Shown: positions 25,617-34,300, counted from the first letter of the stretch. The stretch is DNA of 64,000 nucleotides from Candidatus Micrarchaeia archaeon (GCA_041663565.1 JBAYMJ010000003.1:4188-68187); one strand, 5' to 3'. Notes: generated by a model from the sequence alone, not told the origin. A program made the numbers and translations.

Positions 25617-27320
25617 TTGAGAAAAATGAAAAAAGAAAACGCGTTCGCAAACAAAACCCGCCTTGCAATGGCCCTGCTGTTTGCAGTCTTCCTCTCAGGC
25701 ATTGCGACCGCAGGCAGCGTGATAATCCAGAACGGCCAGGTCAACGCGAGCTCGAGCTTCAACGCAAGCAACGTCCTCTTCGTCAACCCCGTGACGGGAT
25801 ACGTGGGCATCGGCACTGCAACATCGACGAGGCCGCTTCAAATCTCCACAATCCAAGACGCGAACATCCGCCTGCAAGACACGTCGGGTTCCGCGCCAGC
25901 AGCATATGTGGAATTCTACAACGACACCACCAGATGGGGGTACGTCGGCCTGGGAGGGCACGACGACAAGATGGTCATCGGCACGAACATAGAAAAGAGT
26001 CTTTCTTTCTACACGAACAACTCGCCAAAGATGGTCCTGACCGCAGACGGAAAAGTGGGAATCGGCACAACAGACCCGCAGGCAAAGCTTGACGTGAACG
26101 GGACGCTGAACGCGTATGCGTTCACGGTCAACGGTTCCGCGCTGGCCGCGGGTTCGAACCAGTGGAACACGTCAGGCGCGAACATCTACAACACAACTGC
26201 AAACGTCGGCATAGGCACGTCAAGTCCAATGGCCGCATTACACGTCAATGGTTCAGCGTCCAGTTTTGAAACCAGGCTGCAGACTACTGCAAACAACGTC
26301 CTGTTAAACTTCAGGGACCGCTTGGGAAATTATCAGGTGGGCGTCAGTAGTGGGTTCTCGACGCCCTCTTGGTACGTTTACGACGCCACTGCAGGCACAA
26401 CGCGTTTACTCATCGACGGCAACGGCAACGTGGGCATCGGGACGACGTCCCCTGCCAAGAAACTGGACGTGGCCGGAGACATCCAGGCTTCCGGCGATGT
26501 CTGCGCCAACGGCACCTGCCTCAGCTATTTCTCCTGCCCCAGTGGCGGCACCCTAAAATGCACCGAAACCGTGGACGCCGGGTCGATTGTCTTTAAGGTT
26601 ACGGGCGTCGGGTCGACGACTTGGTCCCCGCCCGACGGGGTCACCTCGGTAAGGTACCTCATCGTCGGCGGCGGGGGAGGCGGTGCGACATACGAAGGCG
26701 GGGGAGGCGGAGGTGGCGGAGTGCTGACCGGGACGGTCAGCGTAACTGCAGGAACCGTTTATACCATCACTGTCGGCAGGGGCGGCCTGCCAGCACAAAA
26801 CGGACAGAACACGTATTTTTCCCCAGTAGGCACTGCATTAGGCGGAGGCGGCGGGGTAACGTTTAGCTCCAATGGCTTGAGCGGGGGTTGCGGGGGTGGT
26901 GGCGGCTCGTCCTTCTACGGGTATTCCGGCGGTACCGGCACCTCCGGGCAAGGCTATAATGGCGGCGCTGGCACGAGCGAAGGCATAGATGGCGGTTACG
27001 GCGGAGGAGGCGGAGGCGCTGGCGGTGCAGGATCCAGTTCAAGTGGCGGGATTGGCCTTGCGTCAACAATTACGGGCACGAAAGTGTATTACGCCGGCGG
27101 TGGCGGAGGCGGCGGCAATTGGAACCTTGCTACCGGGTCGTCAAATGGGCTCGGAGGCGGAGGCCACGGCGGCGGATTGAATAACGATGCAAAGAACGGT
27201 ACCAACGGGCTTGGCGGTGGAGGCGGAGGCGCGGGTTTTGTCGCTGTGGGGTCGGGTGGTGCGTGGCCAGCGGCATTTGGCGGTTCGGGCCTCGTCATCC
27301 TGCGCTATAACGTACCTTAA
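25617..27320 (+). CDS. Secreted tail-fibre-like protein A: conserved N-module, GxVGIGT repeats, hyper-glycine-rich C-terminal domain
   Basis: Sec signal ...LAMALLFAVFLSGIATAGS. Repeated motif G(N/K)VGIGTTxPxxKLDV. C-terminal domain VRYLIVGGGGGGATYEGGGGGGGG...GGSGLVILRYNVP. Many N-x-S/T sequons. Confidence 0.7.
   Translation: MRKMKKENAFANKTRLAMALLFAVFLSGIATAGSVIIQNGQVNASSSFNASNVLFVNPVTGYVGIGTATSTRPLQISTIQDANIRLQDTSGSAPAAYVEFYNDTTRWGYVGLGGHDDKMVIGTNIEKSLSFYTNNSPKMVLTADGKVGIGTTDPQAKLDVNGTLNAYAFTVNGSALAAGSNQWNTSGANIYNTTANVGIGTSSPMAALHVNGSASSFETRLQTTANNVLLNFRDRLGNYQVGVSSGFSTPSWYVYDATAGTTRLLIDGNGNVGIGTTSPAKKLDVAGDIQASGDVCANGTCLSYFSCPSGGTLKCTETVDAGSIVFKVTGVGSTTWSPPDGVTSVRYLIVGGGGGGATYEGGGGGGGGVLTGTVSVTAGTVYTITVGRGGLPAQNGQNTYFSPVGTALGGGGGVTFSSNGLSGGCGGGGGSSFYGYSGGTGTSGQGYNGGAGTSEGIDGGYGGGGGGAGGAGSSSSGGIGLASTITGTKVYYAGGGGGGGNWNLATGSSNGLGGGGHGGGLNNDAKNGTNGLGGGGGGAGFVAVGSGGAWPAAFGGSGLVILRYNVP
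25711..26072 (+). repeat. Copy 1 of the ~360-bp shared 5' module of the fibre paralogues
   Basis: Read directly. 25887..25999 is 113/113 identical to 27602..27714. Confidence 0.85.
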
Positions 27321-27334
27321 CAAATTACGAGTGG

Positions 27335-29485
27335 ATGAAAATGGGAAAAGAAACCGGCATTGAAAAAAGCGCTCTTGCAAAAATACTTGCAATTACCGCG
27401 CTCCTGCTGACTGGCCCCGCTGCCGCAGGCAGCGTGATAATCCAAAATGGGCAAATCAACGCGAGCAATAGTTTCAATGCAAGCAACGTCCTCTTCGTCA
27501 ACCCCGTGACGGGATACGTCGGCATCGGCACTGCAACATCGACAAGGCCGCTGCAGATTGCCGCAGCACAGGATGCCGTGATTCGGTTGCAGGACACTTC
27601 AGGTTCCGCGCCAGCAGCATATGTGGAATTCTACAACGACACCACCAGATGGGGGTACGTCGGCCTGGGAGGGCACGACGACAAGATGGTCATCGGCACG
27701 AACATAGAAAAGAGCCTCTCTTTCTACACTAACGATTCCCCGAAGATGACGCTGACTGCGGCGGGAAACGTGGGCATCGGCACAACAAGCCCATCTATGC
27801 GGCTTGAACTCGTTGGCAGTCTAGCCAATACCGATTCGGAAAACATACTAGGACTTACCCGGCAATATTATGAAGGTGTATCGCATCCAAATGCGGCTGC
27901 TTTTGCCCTTAGTCACCCCAGCGATAACACTCCAAATAGCAGACTCGACATCAAACTATCAAACCAACTATATACTCCCAACCCGAACATCACGGTCATG
28001 TCCCTCCGGGCGGATGGCAACGTCGGAATCGGCACGATGAGCCCTTCGGCGAAATTGGATGTCGTGGGCGGGCAGACCATCAGCGGCAGTTTGTCCGTTG
28101 GCAGGAGCACGTATTACGCGGATGCTAAGATACATATCTTTGCAAGCGGTGGCGGCAGGATCATCCAGATGAATGCGAACGACAGTGACGTTTCAACGAG
28201 TGTCTATCAGTTGATGGCTGCGAAGGATTCGGGCGGCATTAATCGTTGGTGGAATTTCGGGGTCAATTCCGACAACAGCTTTAGGATAAATCCAGGACCC
28301 GACAACATCGGTGGTTCGATGTTCGTCGTCAGTTCAAGCGGCAACGTCGGCATAGGCACGACTTCGCCCAGTACGCTGCTTCACGTGGCGAAAGCAAACG
28401 GAGATGCTTACATCATCATGCAACGTACGGGCACAAGCGCTTCGTCCTACAGCGTCGGGACGCAGGCTACTGGGTTTGCCATCTATGATCAGACTGCGGC
28501 GACAACCCGGCTTGCTATTGGCAGTTCCGGCAACGTCGGCATCGGAACCACCAGTCCATCCAGCGTTCTGGAAATCTATAAGGCAAGCAGCGGAATAGGG
28601 CCGACTTTGACGTTGAACAACCCGACTGGCGCTGTCGGGTCAGCCGGGGTTGCGATAGACTTCGTGGGTTACAGCCCCGCGAGCCAGCCAATCACAAACA
28701 GGATTCAGACAATAGATGACGGGACCTACGGATATCATATGGCCTTCTTGACTAAGGCGGATAGTTCCGGCGGAGCACTTTTTGAAGCTGTGAGGATACA
28801 GGGTGGAACAGGCAACGTCGGCATAGGCAATACTGCGCCTACAGGCAGGCTATCAGTAGAGGGAGCGGCAAGCGACGCTTCATTGACATCCAAGGCAACC
28901 TCGTTGGTGTCCATTACGAATCCAACCAACGACTTGGAATTTGCGATTGGCCAGATGGCCGGGGCGCCATACGCAACTTGGCTGCAAAATAGGAATTATG
29001 AAGTAACTGGTCAATATTATCCAATTGCATTGCAACCACTGGGTGGATCTGTCGGTATCGGTACCACCAGTCCCGGCTACACCCTGACCGTAGCCGGAAC
29101 CGCTTGGGTGACTTCCGGTTCGTGGTCGGGCTCGGACGCTAGGTGGAAGAGGAACGTGACTGCGCTTTCGCCTTCGAGTTCGCTTGACAAGATTCTCGCG
29201 CTGCGGCCGGTCAACTTCGAGTGGAAGACCGAGGAATATCCTAAGATGGGCTTCACCAACGGTACGCAAGTCGGTTTCATCGCACAGGACGTCGAAAAAA
29301 TAATCCCCGAAGTCGTCACGACGGACAACAACGGCTACAAGGGGATGTCCTATGAGAGGCTGACGCCAGTAATCACCGGAGCGATGCAGGAACAGCAGAA
29401 GCAGATTGAAGTGCTTAAGGCGGAGAACGGCCTGCTCAAGGCCGAGCTCTGTGCAAAGGACAGGACGTACTCGTGGTGCGATTGA
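27335..29485 (+). CDS. Secreted tail-fibre-like protein B: conserved N-module, long GNVGIGT-repeat shaft, C-terminal Peptidase_S74-type intramolecular chaperone domain
   Basis: It has the same N-module as A and C and at least 7 GNVGIGT(T/M)SPS repeats. The C-terminus SDARWKRNVTALS...LRPVNFEWK...VGFIAQDVEKIIPEVV...GMSYERLTPVITGAMQEQQKQIEVLKAENGLLKAEL matches the auto-cleaving chaperone of phage tail fibres and endosialidases. Confidence 0.75.
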   Translation: MKMGKETGIEKSALAKILAITALLLTGPAAAGSVIIQNGQINASNSFNASNVLFVNPVTGYVGIGTATSTRPLQIAAAQDAVIRLQDTSGSAPAAYVEFYNDTTRWGYVGLGGHDDKMVIGTNIEKSLSFYTNDSPKMTLTAAGNVGIGTTSPSMRLELVGSLANTDSENILGLTRQYYEGVSHPNAAAFALSHPSDNTPNSRLDIKLSNQLYTPNPNITVMSLRADGNVGIGTMSPSAKLDVVGGQTISGSLSVGRSTYYADAKIHIFASGGGRIIQMNANDSDVSTSVYQLMAAKDSGGINRWWNFGVNSDNSFRINPGPDNIGGSMFVVSSSGNVGIGTTSPSTLLHVAKANGDAYIIMQRTGTSASSYSVGTQATGFAIYDQTAATTRLAIGSSGNVGIGTTSPSSVLEIYKASSGIGPTLTLNNPTGAVGSAGVAIDFVGYSPASQPITNRIQTIDDGTYGYHMAFLTKADSSGGALFEAVRIQGGTGNVGIGNTAPTGRLSVEGAASDASLTSKATSLVSITNPTNDLEFAIGQMAGAPYATWLQNRNYEVTGQYYPIALQPLGGSVGIGTTSPGYTLTVAGTAWVTSGSWSGSDARWKRNVTALSPSSSLDKILALRPVNFEWKTEEYPKMGFTNGTQVGFIAQDVEKIIPEVVTTDNNGYKGMSYERLTPVITGAMQEQQKQIEVLKAENGLLKAELCAKDRTYSWCD
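27425..27787 (+). repeat. Copy 2 of the shared 5' module
   Basis: 27479..27576 is 97/98 identical to 29629..29726. 27602..27714 is identical to copy 1. Confidence 0.85.
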
Positions 29486-31257
29486 ACCGGAAGGCGGTTG
29501 GTAAAAAAATGAAAAACAATGTTCTTTTTGGAATAGTTTTCCTGACGTTTCTTTTCCTCTTCGGAACTGCAGCAGCTGGCAGCGTGATAATCCAGAACGG
29601 CCAGATTAATGCAAGCAGCAACCTGAACGCAAGCAACGTCCTCTTCGTCAACCCCGTGACCGGATACGTCGGCATCGGCACTGCAACATCGACAAGGCCG
29701 CTGCAGATTGCCGCAGCACAGGATGCGAACATCCGGCTCCAAGACACCTCGGGCGCATCGCCGGCCGCTTACGTCGAGTTCTACAACGACACCACGCGCT
29801 GGGGCTATGTGGGCTTGGGTGGGCACGACGACAAGATGACCCTTGGAACAACGATTGAAAAGAACCTCTCATTCTACACGAACAACAGCCCCAAGATGAC
29901 AATAACTACGACAGGCAACGTGGGAATTGGGACGGCGAGCCCGGCTGCCAAGCTTGACGTGAACGGGTCGATTTTTGTAGAGCCTGACGCGTGGAATAAT
30001 TCAATCGTTTACTTTGCCAACACCACTGGCTCGGCTAAATGGCACATAGTGCGGATGGATAATGATGGGTCGCTAAGAGTCACGGAAAGCGGCGTTGCGG
30101 ACAGGGTCACAATCCAAAACGGCACCGGCTACGTCGGCATCGGGATGACTAACCCCCTTGCGAAAGGGCACATCCTTTTGGGGTCAGCTGGGACTACGCC
30201 AAACTTCACCATCGCACCTTCCTTGATTTTGGAGCATTCCGGGTACGACGGCCAACTGCAATTTTTAGCCCCGTCAACAAGGGCGTCGTACATAATGTTC
30301 GGCGACGAGCGGAATTACGCGCGTGGAGGCATAGTCTACGACCACCGCGCCGGCTCGGAATCGCTGGCGCTTTCCAGCCAGAACGGAAGCGTGACCATAG
30401 TTGCTGGAGGCAACGTCGGCATCAACACCTCAACCCCCGCGTCCAAGCTGCAGGTTGCAGGCGGGGAAGTCCAGACTGGCACAAGCAACGCGTCGTGCTC
30501 AAGCTCCAACGCTGGAGCCATAAGGTGGAGTGGGAACAGCTTCTGGGCGTGCAACGGCACGATGTGGGCATACGTCAACTTGCAGGCGCCGGTTGCCGCC
30601 ACCGGCGGGACGATAACAGACATCGCAGGCTACCGCGTGCACACATTCACAAGCGGCGGCACGTTCACAATCACAAGCGGCAGCGGGCCTTTTGAAATCC
30701 TTATCGTCGGTGGCGGGGGCTCTTACGGCAATCCTGGCGCTTGGGGCGGAGGCATGGGCGGCGCCGGCGGAGTCCTGATGGGCACGCTGACCGGCTTGAG
30801 CGGAAGCTATTCGGTAGTGGTCGGTGCTGGCGGAACCGGCGGGTCGAACACGGGCACCCAAGGCAGCAGCTCAAGTTTCGGAAGCTACACCGCCTATGGC
30901 GGGGGCTATGGAGTCAACTTTGCCACCTATGGCAACGGCGCGAATGGAGGGTCTGGAGGAGGCTGCGGATATGGCGGGTGCTCTGGAGGAAGCTCCACAC
31001 AGACGTCGCAAGCACCCTTGGTCGGGTATGGAAATGCCGGCACGATTTTTGGCGGAGGCGGCGCGGGCGGGGCGGGCCAATCCTACGCGGGCGGGCTCGG
31101 CATTTACAGCACCATCTCTGGACAGTCAGTATATTATGCATCTGGAGGCGAACAAGGCGAGGGGTCCTACATAGGGCAGGGAGGGTGCGGGTACCAGTCC
31201 ACGAGCGGCTGCAATGGCAAGACCGGAATAGTAATCATCCGATACCCGCGGCCATAG
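29473..31257 (+). CDS. Secreted tail-fibre-like protein C: conserved N-module, distinct middle region, glycine-rich C-terminal domain; ATG likely at 29509
   Basis: MKNNVLFGIVFLTFLFLFGTAAAGS signal. The N-module is near-identical to A and B. The C-terminal domain runs from FEILIVGGGGSYGNPGAWGGGMGGAGG to NGKTGIVIIRYPRP. Confidence 0.7.
   Translation: MVRLNRKAVGKKMKNNVLFGIVFLTFLFLFGTAAAGSVIIQNGQINASSNLNASNVLFVNPVTGYVGIGTATSTRPLQIAAAQDANIRLQDTSGASPAAYVEFYNDTTRWGYVGLGGHDDKMTLGTTIEKNLSFYTNNSPKMTITTTGNVGIGTASPAAKLDVNGSIFVEPDAWNNSIVYFANTTGSAKWHIVRMDNDGSLRVTESGVADRVTIQNGTGYVGIGMTNPLAKGHILLGSAGTTPNFTIAPSLILEHSGYDGQLQFLAPSTRASYIMFGDERNYARGGIVYDHRAGSESLALSSQNGSVTIVAGGNVGINTSTPASKLQVAGGEVQTGTSNASCSSSNAGAIRWSGNSFWACNGTMWAYVNLQAPVAATGGTITDIAGYRVHTFTSGGTFTITSGSGPFEILIVGGGGSYGNPGAWGGGMGGAGGVLMGTLTGLSGSYSVVVGAGGTGGSNTGTQGSSSSFGSYTAYGGGYGVNFATYGNGANGGSGGGCGYGGCSGGSSTQTSQAPLVGYGNAGTIFGGGGAGGAGQSYAGGLGIYSTISGQSVYYASGGEQGEGSYIGQGGCGYQSTSGCNGKTGIVIIRYPRP
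29577..29937 (+). repeat. Copy 3 of the shared 5' module
   Basis: See copies 1 and 2. It is more diverged from A and B in the 3' half of the module. Confidence 0.85.
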
Positions 31258-31337
31258 GCCGGCCAAAGACGCGTGCAAAATGGAAAGGCCTGCGCCCATT
31301 TCGTAGGTTATATATTGCCCATCGGTGAAACTCCTGT

Positions 31338-31634
31338 ATGGACTTCGCAAAGTCGGCTGAACGGACGCCCAAGAAGGCAAAAATAGCAATCGGAATACTC
31401 GTGGTGCTGCTTGTCGCGGCCCTCGGCTACATCGGCTGGGGCGTGTATCAGCAGCAGAGGTACGACGACGCCCTCGGCGCGTACAAGCAGGGCTACACGC
31501 AGGGGGTCACGGACGCCACCACCACGCTCTACCAGTACACCGACGGGTGCGGGGCGGCGAAGCTGTTTTTGGGCAACGTGACGCGGCAGGTAGTTGACCT
31601 GGACTGCGTAAAGCAGGCCAACTCTACAGGCTAA
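31338..31634 (+). CDS. Small single-pass membrane protein, hypothetical
   Basis: 98 aa. Basic N-terminus, TM segment IAIGILVVLLVAALGYIGWGV, and two Cys in the ectodomain. Confidence 0.45.
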   Translation: MDFAKSAERTPKKAKIAIGILVVLLVAALGYIGWGVYQQQRYDDALGAYKQGYTQGVTDATTTLYQYTDGCGAAKLFLGNVTRQVVDLDCVKQANSTG

Positions 31635-31835
31635 GCCCAAGGGGGCTTTTGCCAAAAGGCCGTTTGTGGGCAGTTGCAAACCATTAAGAATTATTCCAAG
31701 CCTACTCTTGTTGTTATACACCCAGCCGAAGGCTGATTTTTGGCTGCGGCGACCGGCCGAGGGCGGTGAAGGCACCGCAATTGGTTTTAACTTTGCCGCA
31801 CAACCTAAGATTACAAGCTTTGGAAGTGGATTATT

Positions 31836-32951
31836 ATGCCCGTCAACTTCGAGGAAATGTTCGCAAAAGGCCCGGGGATACCCCTGTCACGTACAGTGGT
31901 AACCGAGCCAGGCAAGCCGATGAACGATGACGACATCGAGCTGATGAGGATACTCGAGGAGAACCGGCCAAAGATTTGCATAGTGGGCACTGGCGGCTCG
32001 GGAAACAACACCCTTAACCGCATCCAGGAAGTCGGCGTCATAGGCGCGCACCTTGTTGCGATGAACACGGACGCGCAGCACCTGCTCAAGACGCGCGCGG
32101 ACAAGCGCATGATACTTGGAAGGAAAAAGACCAAGGGTTTGGGCGCGGGCTCCAACCCCGAAGTGGGAGAGGCTGCCGCGCAGGAGTCCGAGCAGGAAAT
32201 CAAGGACATAGTCGGGAACGCCGACCTTGTATTTGTGACCTGCGGCATGGGCGGAGGAACTGGCACCGGCTCTGCGCACGTTATTGCGCGCTGCGCAAAG
32301 CAGTCCGGCGCGCTGTGCATCGCAATAGTCACCACACCATTCTCTTCGGAAGGATTGAAGCGCAAGGAAAATGCGATGAAGGGCCTGGAAAAGCTCAAGC
32401 TCGAAGCCGACACAACAATCGTGATTCCCAACGACAAGCTCTTGGAATACGTGCCTGACTTGCCGCTGAACGCGGCGTTCAAGGCAGCTGACATGGTCCT
32501 TGCCAACGCGGTCAAGGGAATTGCGGAGCTCATCACCAAGCCCGGGCTTGTGAACCTGGATTTTGCCGACGTGCGCACGATTCTTGGGGACTCGGGCAAC
32601 GCGATGATTGGCCTGGGCGAGATGGAAGGAAGCGACATGCCCGACCGCGTCGTACAGGCTGCCGAAAAGGCGCTCACTTCGCCGTTCTTGGACATGGACG
32701 TTTCATCCGCATCAAAGGCGCTCATCAACATAACCGGCGGCTCGGACATGACCCTCGGCGAGGCCGAGGCTGCAGTCACCGCAATCAGCAGGAGCATCGC
32801 TCCTGACGCCCACATCATCTGGGGCGCGACAGTTGACGACGGCATAAAGAACCGCGGGGTCCGCGTGCTGGCCGTGCTCTCCGGAGTGCGCGAAAGGCAG
32901 CCCACGGCGCAGACTACGGGAGAGGCAGTCGAGAACATCGACTTCATTTAA
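31836..32951 (+). CDS. ftsZ: Cell division protein FtsZ
   Basis: CIVGTGGSGNNTLNRI, tubulin signature GMGGGTGTGSAHVIA, NLDFADVRTIL. Confidence 0.9.
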   Translation: MPVNFEEMFAKGPGIPLSRTVVTEPGKPMNDDDIELMRILEENRPKICIVGTGGSGNNTLNRIQEVGVIGAHLVAMNTDAQHLLKTRADKRMILGRKKTKGLGAGSNPEVGEAAAQESEQEIKDIVGNADLVFVTCGMGGGTGTGSAHVIARCAKQSGALCIAIVTTPFSSEGLKRKENAMKGLEKLKLEADTTIVIPNDKLLEYVPDLPLNAAFKAADMVLANAVKGIAELITKPGLVNLDFADVRTILGDSGNAMIGLGEMEGSDMPDRVVQAAEKALTSPFLDMDVSSASKALINITGGSDMTLGEAEAAVTAISRSIAPDAHIIWGATVDDGIKNRGVRVLAVLSGVRERQPTAQTTGEAVENIDFI

Positions 32952-32983
32952 ACGATTACAAGCAGAAAGGTGCAAGAAGAACT

Positions 32984-33166
32984 ATGGACATCGGCGCAAT
33001 GGTTTCCGACTTCATCAGCCAGTCTGAACGCGTGCTCAACGTCACGCACAAGCCCAAGGGCGAGGAGTACGAGCACATCGCAAAGAGCACCGCCCTCGGA
33101 ATGGTGGTCATCGGCGCCATCGGCTTTGCCATTTCCATACTCTGGTATTACCTGCGCCAAGTCTGA
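32984..33166 (+). CDS. secE: Protein translocase subunit SecE / Sec61-gamma
   Basis: 60 aa. ...RVLNVTHKPKGEEYEHIAKSTALGMVVIGAIGFAISILWYYL. Conserved position upstream of spt5. Confidence 0.7.
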   Translation: MDIGAMVSDFISQSERVLNVTHKPKGEEYEHIAKSTALGMVVIGAIGFAISILWYYLRQV

Positions 33167-33197
33167 AACCAGAAATCATCAGGAGGTCAAATATCGT

Positions 33198-33635
33198 ATG
33201 GCACTATACACTTACCGCGTCACAGCCGGACAGGAAAGCATAGTCGCGGACATGCTTTACGAGAAGATACGCAAGTTCAAGCTCCCGGTAAAGGCGCTCG
33301 TGGTCTCGCCCATGCTAAAGGGATACCTCATCGCGGAGGCTGACAACGAGTTCGACGCAAAGCAGGCCATCCAGAACGTTCCGCACGTGAAGGGCCTGCT
33401 TGCGAACACCATGCAGATTGCCGACATCGCCACGTTCCTTGAAAGCAAGCCAATCGAGGTCATCATCAACCGCGGGCAGCTGGTCGAGGTGGTCTCCGGG
33501 CCGTTCAAGGGCGAGAAGGCCAAGGTCGTGCGCGTTGACCAGGAAAAGGACGAAGTCACGGTCGAGCTCATCGAGGTGGCAGTGCCCATCCCGGTGACAA
33601 TCAAGCTGAACACGATACGCGTGCTCCCGCAGTAA
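33198..33635 (+). CDS. spt5: Transcription elongation factor Spt5 (NusG)
   Basis: Start trimmed to ATG 33198 (MALYTYRVTAGQESIVADML). NGN domain plus KOW motif GQLVEVVSGPFKGEKAKVVRVD. Confidence 0.85.
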   Translation: MALYTYRVTAGQESIVADMLYEKIRKFKLPVKALVVSPMLKGYLIAEADNEFDAKQAIQNVPHVKGLLANTMQIADIATFLESKPIEVIINRGQLVEVVSGPFKGEKAKVVRVDQEKDEVTVELIEVAVPIPVTIKLNTIRVLPQ

Positions 33636-33655
33636 TTTAGCATCATTCTCAAAAG

Positions 33656-34159
33656 GTGAAATGGATTATGGCAAATGTTACAGTAAACGCCATGGTAGAT
33701 GGCGGAAAGGCAACACCCGCACCGCCCCTCGGGCCGGCGCTCGCGCCGACCGGGGTGAACGTTGGGATGGTCGTCGCCCAAATCAACGAGAAGACCAAGG
33801 CATTCGCAGGGATGCAGGTGCCTGTCACGGTAGTCGTTGACAAGGGCTCGAAGACCTTCGAAATCACAGTCGGCACCCCGCCGATGTCGTCGCTCATCAA
33901 GAAGGAGCTCGGCTTGAAGGAGCCGGTCAAGGAAGAGGCTGGCGTCAAGGGCAAGAAGGTCATCGGAAACATGACCATCGAGCAGTGCGTCAAGGTGGCA
34001 AAGATGAAGACCGACGCAACACTTGCAAAGACGCTCAAGGCGCAGGTGTCCGAGGTAATCGGAAGCTGCTTAAGCCTCGGCGCCACTGTGGACGGCCTGA
34101 ACGCGAAGGAAGCCGGCAAGAAGCTCCGCGCGGGAGACTACGACGCAAAGCTCAAATAA
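33656..34159 (+). CDS. rpl11: 50S ribosomal protein L11 (uL11); ATG likely at 33668
   Basis: VDGGKATPAPPLGPALAPTGVNVGMVVAQINEKT is the canonical uL11 motif. Confidence 0.9.
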   Translation: MKWIMANVTVNAMVDGGKATPAPPLGPALAPTGVNVGMVVAQINEKTKAFAGMQVPVTVVVDKGSKTFEITVGTPPMSSLIKKELGLKEPVKEEAGVKGKKVIGNMTIEQCVKVAKMKTDATLAKTLKAQVSEVIGSCLSLGATVDGLNAKEAGKKLRAGDYDAKLK

Positions 34160-34194
34160 AGTTGCAAAGGCCCTAAAAACTCTGGCCGCAACTT

Positions 34195-34235
34195 TCCTCT
34201 TTCTTTTTCATTTTTTTATCTTATCCTCTTTTTCC
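34195..34235 (+). terminator. Oligo-T/pyrimidine tract downstream of rpl11
   Basis: ttctttttcatttttttatcttatcctctttttc, read directly. Confidence 0.35.
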
Positions 34236-34300
34236 CAGCGATTGTCCGCCAACCGCTCGCTATTTTTAACCCGCAATCCAAAAGCGTTTGGTAATTTCAG

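Noticed and set aside
26650-27300. Non-coding microsatellite / tandem repeat in the GGN-rich stretch
   Set aside because: The stretch keeps an open reading frame continuous with the fibre protein. It has a paralogous counterpart in gene C with conserved flanking strands, so it is coding low-complexity sequence rather than a non-coding repeat.
24420-31257. Integrated provirus or tailocin explaining the tail-fibre-like genes
   Set aside because: No capsid, portal, terminase, tape-measure, baseplate, sheath, integrase or att-like flanks are recognisable within the window. Flanking genes are core metabolism (AMP phosphorylase) and ftsZ. A cellular fibre system is more parsimonious, though viral ancestry of the domains is likely.
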